Assembly: GCA_902791235.1 (NCBI GenBank)
Contig: CADAUV010000003.1
Location: 9,016-73,015, forward strand
Reading direction: 5' to 3'
Source: Oscillospiraceae bacterium
GTDB taxonomy: Bacteria; Bacillota; Clostridia; Oscillospirales; Acutalibacteraceae
DNA length: 64,000 nucleotides
Below the pieces are notes generated by a model that saw only the letters and a list, made by a program, of their open reading frames with translations, was not told the origin of the DNA and searched no databases. Shown here one piece after another: positions 38,684-45,952 of the stretch. Position numbers and translations under genes: made by a program. Numbering within the stretch: position 1 is the first letter of the stretch; every line of letters starts with the position of its first letter.

Positions 38684-39283
38684 TTAGTATTTGAAATTTC
38701 CTGTCCACTTGCTGCAATAAGCACAAGACCAACATTCATAACCCGACGGGCATTTCTTGTAGTATTCTTCACGAGTAATCTGTCCGCTTTCCTCCAAGTC
38801 AGCCCAATATTTCATTTCCCTGTCAACATAGGCTTTTACATCATTTTTGGAATTAAACCATCTGCCCATATTTCCACAGGCTTGGCTGTGATTGCCATTG
38901 TTCGTGCAAGTTGCCGCTTTTGTCGTAGTCGGCTTTTTTGTGGTTGTTTCCTTTTTCGTTGTTGCCGCCTTCGTTGTGCTCGGCTTCGTTGTGGTTTGCT
39001 TTTGCGTAGTGGTGTTTTGTTTGGTAGTGGTTTGTTTTTGTGTTGTTGTTTGCTTTGATGTCGTTTGCTCTTTTTTCTCGGTTGTTGTTACGGTTATTTC
39101 GGGCTCGGTTGTCGTTTCTTCAACCGTTGCAGTTTCTGTTGTTAAAGGAACGGTTGTTTCGGTTGTAATTTCTGTTTTACCAGCCGAAGAAGGAAGATCC
39201 TGTTTTTTTACTATTGCACTCTTTCCGCAAGCTGTGAGCATAACGATTATTACCGTCAAAACAATTATTGCGATTCTTTTCAT
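38684..39283 (-). CDS. Lipoprotein with Thr-rich stalk and Cys-rich C-terminal domain
   Basis: Lipobox LTAC; KQTTT-type repeats; C...H..ACG...CPSGYECWSCAYC. Confidence 0.75.
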   Translation of the reverse strand: MKRIAIIVLTVIIVMLTACGKSAIVKKQDLPSSAGKTEITTETTVPLTTETATVEETTTEPEITVTTTEKKEQTTSKQTTTQKQTTTKQNTTTQKQTTTKPSTTKAATTKKETTTKKPTTTKAATCTNNGNHSQACGNMGRWFNSKNDVKAYVDREMKYWADLEESGQITREEYYKKCPSGYECWSCAYCSKWTGNFKY

Positions 39284-39492
39284 AATATCGCCTCCTTTGC
39301 CTACATCGTACTACCAAAAACCGATTTAGACAAAGATGCGAATCAGCCCATCAGAACCACCTCCTTTTCTTAATTTTGTAAGACCTTATGTGTGTAGTTG
39401 ATTACTAACACATACTTATCTTTCGGTTGGTATTGTTGGTTAATAAATGGGGTTAGATTGTAAGGAAGGGGTGTGTAAAATTTGTAGCCACA

Positions 39493-40371
39493 CTACCTTT
39501 CATCACGGTTTCTCTGCCTTTGCAAAAAACGATTGTAATATTCAAGCGCTTTGCAGACATATTCTTCCGTTCTTTCGGCGGGTAAGGTCTTGGGCAATAA
39601 TTTTCTGACTCTGTCCCCACGAAAAACAAGCTTTTCGTGCTGATTGCCTTTTTCTTCCGAGAGAATTTCACTGATAACATTTGTGTCAAGTTTGCCATCG
39701 TTAAACAGTTTTCGTAACTGAATCGTTTGAGCGTGTGACGGGAAGCACTCGTTTTCATCAATGAAATCAACAATATCTCTTTGTGCATCCTCGTCAAGAT
39801 AGGACATCTCAACCGCAGGTCGCATACCGATTTTCCCTTCATCAACAAATTCAAGCAGTTCAGGAACGAGATTCGTTAAACGGATATATCGTTTTATTTG
39901 GCTTACGCTATCATTAGATTGACTTGCCAATTCTTCATTTGAGCGACTTCCGATTAAATTCGGTCCCAGTGGGTCCGAATTTTTTAACGGTCTGCCAACC
40001 TTGTGTTTCATAGCTTCCAACTTGATTTGATACGCAAACGCTTTTTCGCTCGGTGGAATGTTCTTTCGCTGTTGTAAATTGGTATCCACCATAACGATAG
40101 CGGCAGTATCGTCATCATAATTACATACCATACATTTTATTGTAGGTATGTTTGCCATTTCGCTTGCTCGCTTACGGCGATGACCGGAAATCATTTCAAA
40201 TCTGCCGTTGTCCTTTGGTCTGACAAGCGCAGGAAGAAGCACACCGTTATTCGCAACGCTATCCGCCAGTTCCAACATCTCCTCATCGTCCTTAACCTTA
40301 AACGGATGATTAGGAAAGTCATCAATAAGGGTAAGGTCAATATCTTTTATTTCCATTGGCTCACTATTCAA
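39493..40371 (-). CDS. ParB/RepB/Spo0J family protein
   Basis: HPFKV...GVL.P.LVRP...EMISGHRR..A, NLQ.R...PSEKA.AY, HTH QIKRYIRL. Confidence 0.9.
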   Translation of the reverse strand: MNSEPMEIKDIDLTLIDDFPNHPFKVKDDEEMLELADSVANNGVLLPALVRPKDNGRFEMISGHRRKRASEMANIPTIKCMVCNYDDDTAAIVMVDTNLQQRKNIPPSEKAFAYQIKLEAMKHKVGRPLKNSDPLGPNLIGSRSNEELASQSNDSVSQIKRYIRLTNLVPELLEFVDEGKIGMRPAVEMSYLDEDAQRDIVDFIDENECFPSHAQTIQLRKLFNDGKLDTNVISEILSEEKGNQHEKLVFRGDRVRKLLPKTLPAERTEEYVCKALEYYNRFLQRQRNRDER

Positions 40372-40457
40372 ATTAACACCTCCTTGCTTTTGGAAATAAA
40401 AAAAGCCACCTGCTTATTTTCATAAACAAGTGGCTATGTATATATTAATAGGTATAT

Positions 40458-41015
40458 TTAATTGTTTGCTTCAAGGATTTCTTCAAGCGTTCTGGGTTGG
40501 TAATTCATATATTTCATCATACAGCCGACATTATACATCTGGCTTTTCTTTTGATGCTGCTCTCGCATTTGATTTTGAAAGTCCTCTATCATAGTCCATT
40601 CAAAAGTGGCGTGAACATGACCATACAGATGATACCAGTTGTAGAAGTGCTTATTGTAGCAAGGGATAGGGTAATGACAAAGAACTAAGCCTGTGCCGTC
40701 GCCGAAGGATATTTCCTTGTAGTCAACTATTTCAACAAATTGCTGTTGAAAGTCAGCACTCTTAACGAGCTTGTGATCGTGATTACCAATGCACAAATGC
40801 TTTTTACCGTTCAACCTTTTCAGAATGTTTACGGTTTTCAATGCTGAATACCAACTTATATCACCGAGTATCCAAACATCGTCATCAGTGCCGACAGTAT
40901 CATTCCATTGGCTAATGAGATATTCATCGTGTTCCTCTATCGTTGAGAATGGGCGACAATCAAATCTGAGTATATTTCTATGACCGAAGTGTAGGTCTGA
41001 TATGAAGTATGTCAT
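40458..41015 (-). CDS. Calcineurin-like metallophosphoesterase
   Basis: SDLHFGH, LGD, GNHD, CHYP, GHVH, NVG motifs; ATG 41015 after AAAGGAGGT. Confidence 0.88.
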   Translation of the reverse strand: MTYFISDLHFGHRNILRFDCRPFSTIEEHDEYLISQWNDTVGTDDDVWILGDISWYSALKTVNILKRLNGKKHLCIGNHDHKLVKSADFQQQFVEIVDYKEISFGDGTGLVLCHYPIPCYNKHFYNWYHLYGHVHATFEWTMIEDFQNQMREQHQKKSQMYNVGCMMKYMNYQPRTLEEILEANN

Positions 41016-41195
41016 TTTTGCACCTCCTTTTTGCAACAGTATATCCGATATGGAATTATCTGTTAATTATGCGTTAAATAGAAATCCTTTGTCATACAAC
41101 CTAAAAAAGCCACCAACAGTTTTGATTAACAGTTGATGGCATATATATTGCTATTAAATTGTATCGGTATTGAGGTATAATCTAAGTATTTTTCA

Positions 41196-41235
41196 TACCC
41201 CATTTAGTACCCCTTGTACCCCTCAAATCTACCCC
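41196..41235. repeat. Four TACCCC direct repeats, candidate integrase arm-type sites
   Basis: TACCCC at 41196, 41208, 41217 and 41230, ~140-180 bp from the tRNA 3' end. Confidence 0.55.
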
Positions 41236-41340
41236 AAAATTTTCATTTTGAGCATTGTTTGAGTGAGTCTGTGTCAGTTTGAAAACAAAATCTTAAAGTG
41301 CCGCAAACGCCCTGTTTAAGCCAAAATCGGCGTAAAACAA

Positions 41341-41373
41341 AGGCATTGAAAGCTTTTTAGACTTTCAATGCCT
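41341..41373 (-). terminator. Hairpin immediately 3' of tRNA-Pro
   Basis: Perfect 12-bp stem AGGCATTGAAAG/CTTTCAATGCCT followed by TTGTTTT on the minus strand. Confidence 0.75.
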
Positions 41374-41375
41374 CG

Positions 41376-41452
41376 TGGTCGAGGTGACAGGATTTGAACC
41401 TGCGGCCCCTACGTCCCGAACGTAGTGCTCTACCAAACTGAGCCACACCTCG
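41376..41452 (-). tRNA. tRNA-Pro (anticodon CGG)
   Basis: CGAGGTG...CACCTCG-ACCA acceptor stem, D arm GCTCAGTTTGGTAGAGC, anticodon arm CTACG-TTCGGGA-CGTAG, T loop GGTTCAAATCC. Confidence 0.97.
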
Positions 41453-41520
41453 ATTGCGTGTTATATTATTACACATTCCACGCTGTTTTGCAAGTGTTTT
41501 TTTATTTTTTTAAAAAGGCG

Positions 41521-42318
41521 TCAATTATACCAGATATTAAGGTCAACATATTTGCTTTGTATTTCCTCAAGCTCCCCTGTTTTACTGTACTGCCATATTG
41601 TATAATCAACCGAATATGTAACCGATGAATTATAGTCTGCAACCCAAACAAGTGTATTTTCGCCGAATTTGCTCTGATTAAGCTTATGCGCAAGCATACT
41701 TGATGAAGCGTAAACACCCGAAAGGTAATCCGCTTTCTCAACCTTCTGGCAGAAGGCATTTACTATATCGGTTGCCTTTGCTCTTGAAAGTCCTTTTTCA
41801 TAAAGCCTGCCTGTAAGGCTGCCGCCCGAATCCGCGGCGTATTCAAAATCAATAAATACGGGAAGCTGTGGATTTCTGTCCTTGATTAGTGTTAATGTGA
41901 ACTTCGCCTCAGCCTGTGCCTCAGCCTCGGTTATTGCCTGTGAATAAAAATACACGCCGTAGGGTATTCCTGCCTTCTCGCAGGCATCCATATTTTTCTC
42001 GGCATTTACATCCTTACGGATAACGCCGTTACCGTAAGCACGGTAACCCGCGCGGATGAAGGCAAAATCAATCTTTCCGCTAAGCGCCTCCCAGTCGATT
42101 TCACCGTTATGCTCGGACACATCAATACCCTGTGCCTCAGCCTTGCCGAAATCAAAAACCTGCTGCGGCTGTCTATCGGGCTTTGAAGTAACAACAAACA
42201 CGCTTACGACAAGCGCAAGCGAAAGGCAAAGCGCTACAACGGCGGAAACCATACCGGTTCTGACCGGTTTCTGCCTGATTTTTCTATTCTTTTTACGGGC
42301 TGTTTTTTTCTGCGCCAT
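41521..42318 (-). CDS. Membrane-anchored GH25 muramidase (lysozyme)
   Basis: GIDVSEHNG.IDW, FAFIRAGYR, GVYFYS, IDFE, WQYS, VDLN. Confidence 0.9.
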   Translation of the reverse strand: MAQKKTARKKNRKIRQKPVRTGMVSAVVALCLSLALVVSVFVVTSKPDRQPQQVFDFGKAEAQGIDVSEHNGEIDWEALSGKIDFAFIRAGYRAYGNGVIRKDVNAEKNMDACEKAGIPYGVYFYSQAITEAEAQAEAKFTLTLIKDRNPQLPVFIDFEYAADSGGSLTGRLYEKGLSRAKATDIVNAFCQKVEKADYLSGVYASSSMLAHKLNQSKFGENTLVWVADYNSSVTYSVDYTIWQYSKTGELEEIQSKYVDLNIWYN

Positions 42319-42386
42319 AATAATTCCTTAATAATATGATTTAAATAATATTATCATACATAAAGAAAAAAATCCATATTAAAGTG

Positions 42387-42443
42387 TTGACAATTAAATT
42401 TTACTCTGCTATAATTCTTTTAACGCTTTAACAATTTAAAGTG
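42387..42443 (+). promoter_or_regulatory. Consensus sigma70 promoter plus palindromic operator for DAHP synthase
   Basis: TTGACA(42387)-17 bp-TATAAT(42410) with extended TG; CGCTTTA-N6-TAAAGTG at 42424-42443. Confidence 0.8.
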
Positions 42444-42512
42444 TAACACTTTAAAAAGCAGGATTGCAAATCCTTTTACTTTATACTATTATACTTAGTC
42501 AGAGGTGATTTT

Positions 42513-43553
42513 ATGGACAATATGGCTAACACGGATTTCAAGAGAAAGCTCCCTGTACCCAAGGATATAAAGGCGGAGATGCCGCTTTCCGAGAGAGCGG
42601 TGAAAATCAAGGAGGCAAGGGACGCCGAGATTACAAAGGTGTTCACAGGCGAGAGCGACAAATTTGTTCTTGTTATAGGTCCCTGCTCTGCTGACAGAGC
42701 GGACAGCGTGCTTGATTATATTGAAAGGCTTGTACCCGTTCAGGAAGAGGTTAAGGACAAAATCATTATTATACCCAGAATATATACAGGTAAGCCGAGG
42801 ACGACGGGCGCAGGATACAAGGGTATGCTTCACCAGCCCGACCCTGACAAGGCGCCGGATATGCTCGAGGGTATCAAGGCTATAAGAGCGCTCCATCAGC
42901 AAGCGATTGAAAATACAGGTCTTACCTGCGCGGATGAAATGCTCTATCCCGAAAATCACCGCTATCTTTCCGATATTCTTTCATATGTTGCAGTCGGAGC
43001 GCGCTCGGTTGAAAATCAGGAGCACAGGCTCGTGTCATCAGGTCTTACAATCCCTGTCGGTATGAAGAACCCGACAAGCGGCGACTTCACGATTATGCTT
43101 AACTCAATCAAAGCTGCGCAGGGCGACCACCTGTTCCTTTACAGAGGATGGGAGGTTGAGTCGCACGGTAATCCGCTTGCGCACGCAATACTGAGAGGAA
43201 GCGTAGACAAATACGGCAAGAATCACCAGAACTATCACTATGAGGATTTAAGATTTTTACACGATATGTACTGCACAGGCGGTTATAAAAACCCTGCTGT
43301 TATCGTTGACACAAATCACTCGAACAGCGGCAAGCGCTACCTTGAGCAGATTAGAATTGCAAACGAGGTACTCCACGCAATGCGCCACAGCGATGATATT
43401 CACAAGATGGTTAAGGGCTTTATGATTGAGTCATACATTGAGGACGGCGCTCAATCCGTTGACGAGGGCATTTACGGAAAATCCATTACCGACCCCTGCC
43501 TCGGCTGGGAGAAGTCAAAGGATTTGATTTACTCAATCGCGGACCAGTTATAA
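42513..43553 (+). CDS. aroF: DAHP synthase (class I-alpha, AroF/G/H type)
   Basis: IGPCS, KPRT, VGAR, VGMKN, ILRG, HSNS, MIES, SITDPCLGW. Confidence 0.93.
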   Translation: MDNMANTDFKRKLPVPKDIKAEMPLSERAVKIKEARDAEITKVFTGESDKFVLVIGPCSADRADSVLDYIERLVPVQEEVKDKIIIIPRIYTGKPRTTGAGYKGMLHQPDPDKAPDMLEGIKAIRALHQQAIENTGLTCADEMLYPENHRYLSDILSYVAVGARSVENQEHRLVSSGLTIPVGMKNPTSGDFTIMLNSIKAAQGDHLFLYRGWEVESHGNPLAHAILRGSVDKYGKNHQNYHYEDLRFLHDMYCTGGYKNPAVIVDTNHSNSGKRYLEQIRIANEVLHAMRHSDDIHKMVKGFMIESYIEDGAQSVDEGIYGKSITDPCLGWEKSKDLIYSIADQL

Positions 43554-43595
43554 ATGAAAGAGAACCTCACTTTTAGGTGAGGTTCTCTTTCATTT
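43552..43595 (+). terminator. Intrinsic terminator
   Basis: 19-bp perfect inverted repeat AAATGAAAGAGAACCTCAC/GTGAGGTTCTCTTTCATTT. Confidence 0.85.
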
Positions 43596-43662
43596 CAATT
43601 TATTTATTGAACTCCTGTAATTTTTTATATATAATAGTAATATAATATTTCGGAGGCGGATT

Positions 43663-44820
43663 ATGGAAAAGCCTGTTAATAAAAAAGCCGTAGGGGCAAT
43701 ATCCGCGCTTGCGGTGCTTATAATCATTGCCGTCGCGGTATTTCTCGGCATCAGCGCAAACAGCGGCCTTAATATGAAAAACTACATAAAAAGCGATGTA
43801 ACCTTCAGTGGATACGAGGGCTACGGCACTATCAGCGAATATGACTGCGTTGATATATTCTCACTTGTATACGACCTCGAAAACAGCTCGGAGGAACGGG
43901 AGAAATTCGCCGCGGAATATGCTCAGGTACTCAAAGAAGGCAGCGGTGAAGGCTACATTGCCGACTATATTGATGTGAGCTTTGACAAATGCGAATATCT
44001 GAAAAACGGGGACACCGTTACTGCGACGATAAAAGTGAATTATAACTACATAAACGATATGGGCTTTGCAAAAAAGCTCAGAGGCGAGGAGAGCTACACC
44101 CTGAGCTACACCGTATCGGGACTTGAAAGCGCAGATGTTTTTGACCCCTTTGAGCTTGTAAGCGAGGTTATTTACGACCGCCAGTACGGCAGCAGCTATG
44201 TCTGTCTTGACAGCTCATATGAAAAGACCGTCGGCGATTATTCGGCTTCGTCGTCGGGCGAAGAATACTATGCGAATCTTGTAATAACCGACAAAGAGGG
44301 CAACACCGCCGCTGAAATATATTACTACACCGATATGAGCAGCTTTGAAACAGACGGCACGGTGAAGGTCAGCGTAAGCTGTAAAGAAACACAGTATGCT
44401 GACGACTACGGCTTTATAATCACCCCCGTCGAAAAGGAAATAAAGCCGACAGTGCTGAGCTTTCTCACAAAAAGCACCGTAACAGAGGCTGATTACGACA
44501 GCCTTAAAGCGCTTGCCGACGAATACACAGAGCGCTACGACGGCACGGAATATGTCAAGGCGTATTTTGCGTATAACGGCGAGGACGGCTACAAGGTAAA
44601 CTCGCTGATTTTTGTATACACTCGCGACGAATACTACGAGGACGAGAGGGTTTACACAGCGGTTTGCTTTGACGATGTCAAGGTAAACGAGGCTGACGGA
44701 AGTATTCCCGACATAAATAAACTGCACCTTTACACGGGATATTACAGCTATCCCTATGCGGCGCAGTTAATTGAAGCTATGAACGAAGATTTCAGCAGTC
44801 TTGCAGTGCTTAATTACTGA
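43663..44820 (+). CDS. Membrane-anchored acidic extracellular hypothetical protein
   Basis: N-terminal TM; FSGYEGYG...LKNGDTVT...YTVSGL; RBS GGAGG. Confidence 0.75.
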   Translation: MEKPVNKKAVGAISALAVLIIIAVAVFLGISANSGLNMKNYIKSDVTFSGYEGYGTISEYDCVDIFSLVYDLENSSEEREKFAAEYAQVLKEGSGEGYIADYIDVSFDKCEYLKNGDTVTATIKVNYNYINDMGFAKKLRGEESYTLSYTVSGLESADVFDPFELVSEVIYDRQYGSSYVCLDSSYEKTVGDYSASSSGEEYYANLVITDKEGNTAAEIYYYTDMSSFETDGTVKVSVSCKETQYADDYGFIITPVEKEIKPTVLSFLTKSTVTEADYDSLKALADEYTERYDGTEYVKAYFAYNGEDGYKVNSLIFVYTRDEYYEDERVYTAVCFDDVKVNEADGSIPDINKLHLYTGYYSYPYAAQLIEAMNEDFSSLAVLNY

Positions 44821-45022
44821 TTTTCTGAAATCTTCTGACGGTTTTACCGTTTACCGAAACCTCTTCGTTCCACATATGTGCAGGACGCGCCCACACCTTT
44901 TCAGGTGAATTTACATCACGGTAAATCACCATATCCTCAAGCGTTTCACTATGCTTTGCAAGAGCTATGACCTCATACTCATTGCCCTTGTAATGGCGGT
45001 ATCTGCAATATTCAATATCCAT
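44810..45022 (-). CDS. DUF1653 domain protein
   Basis: YRHYKGNEYEV...AKHSETLE.MVIY...WARP..M...RF. Confidence 0.85.
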   Translation of the reverse strand: MDIEYCRYRHYKGNEYEVIALAKHSETLEDMVIYRDVNSPEKVWARPAHMWNEEVSVNGKTVRRFQKISN

Positions 45023-45050
45023 AACCTTTCTCCTTTTCATTATTGATATA

Positions 45051-45109
45051 ATAATATATCACGGCGGAGAAACTGTCAAATTGACAAGAAAAAAATTTTA
45101 GTATATAAT
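45051..45109. promoter_or_regulatory. Back-to-back divergent sigma70 promoters
   Basis: Plus: TTGACA(45081)-17-TATAAT(45104); minus: TTGACA(45079-45074)-17-TATTAT(45056-45051). Confidence 0.7.
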
Positions 45110-45131
45110 ACAGATTTAAGGGGGAGTTTTT

Positions 45132-45890
45132 ATGAAGGATAATTTAACTAAAGGCAGAATTTTCTGTATTATTTCTGCAGTAATAGTTTTTGGCTCGTAT
45201 GTAGCTGAGCGCTGTATTAACCTCGTTGCCGACCCTACAAAAGCGGGTTGGATTATTGAGGCGCTTATATTCAGTGTGCTCACTCTGATTATGTATATCT
45301 TTATGACAAATACAAACAATACATACTACGGGCTTTTAGTCGCAGCCTTCGGCTACAGAATGATGCCGCCAGACATATGGGCAAGCGTTAATGCAGTTTC
45401 GCGCTCGGCAGGCGTAGTTTACTTTGTGGTACAGAAAATGGCGATAGTTATTTTTGTATTTGTAATGATTAAGCTGTTCAGACATCAGACTAAGGAAAGA
45501 TTTGTTGAGCTGCTTCCCATACTTTCGATACTCTTTATCGTTCCGTTTTTCAACAGTCTGTACCCTGTTATCTCAAGCTATCTCAAGGATTTCACAGGAA
45601 CAATGCTTTACAGCTTCTTTGCCGGTTACGCTCTTTACGCAGCGGCAATGCTTGCGCTTCTTTTCATAGGCAATCAAGCTTCCAAGTACGGCGGAATGTA
45701 TATCGCCGATTTCCAGATTGTTGCGCTGCTTCTTAATCTCGGAAGGAAGGCAGCCGCAATCATTATCAATGTTGTAAACGGCACGCACATCAGCAGAAGC
45801 TACTACGGCTGGATTATTGTTTACGCAATCTTTATCGTTGCATTCGGACTTCTTAAAAAGAAAAAATCAGCGGAGCTTATCGCTGAATAA
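45132..45890 (+). CDS. Polytopic membrane protein of unknown function
   Basis: About eight hydrophobic segments; RBS and promoter present. Confidence 0.75.
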   Translation: MKDNLTKGRIFCIISAVIVFGSYVAERCINLVADPTKAGWIIEALIFSVLTLIMYIFMTNTNNTYYGLLVAAFGYRMMPPDIWASVNAVSRSAGVVYFVVQKMAIVIFVFVMIKLFRHQTKERFVELLPILSILFIVPFFNSLYPVISSYLKDFTGTMLYSFFAGYALYAAAMLALLFIGNQASKYGGMYIADFQIVALLLNLGRKAAAIIINVVNGTHISRSYYGWIIVYAIFIVAFGLLKKKKSAELIAE

Positions 45891-45900
45891 ATTAAACAAC

Positions 45901-45943
45901 AAAAAGACCGCAACTTGCTTTTAAGCAAAGTGCGGTCTTTCTT
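45901..45943. terminator. Bidirectional terminator
   Basis: AAAGACCGCA...TGCGGTCTTT between convergent genes. Confidence 0.75.
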
Positions 45944-45952
45944 TATACCTGT

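Larger units (their letters stand above)
1..41373. mobile_element. Integrative conjugative element (Gram-positive T4SS, MOBP-type relaxase), left end outside window, right end next to tRNA-Pro
   Basis: Co-oriented VirB4, VirD4, VirB6, PrgI, relaxase, MobC, PcfB, hydrolase, adhesin, DarB-like helicase and ParB genes; ends at the tRNA 3' end with TACCCC repeats; housekeeping genes resume after the tRNA; no integrase in the window. Confidence 0.9.

Noticed and set aside
38892-39329. Val/Cys/Phe-rich ORF resembling a membrane protein
   Set aside because: Reverse complement of the Thr/Lys/Gln repeats of the lipoprotein
39453-39854. 133-aa same-strand alternative-frame ORF overlapping parB
   Set aside because: No RBS or recognisable motifs, unlike the nested TnpV; treated as a shadow ORF
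1-41373. Prophage, retron/DGR, integrase or antibiotic-resistance genes in the element
   Set aside because: No structural phage genes, reverse transcriptase motifs, recombinase motifs or resistance genes recognised in the window
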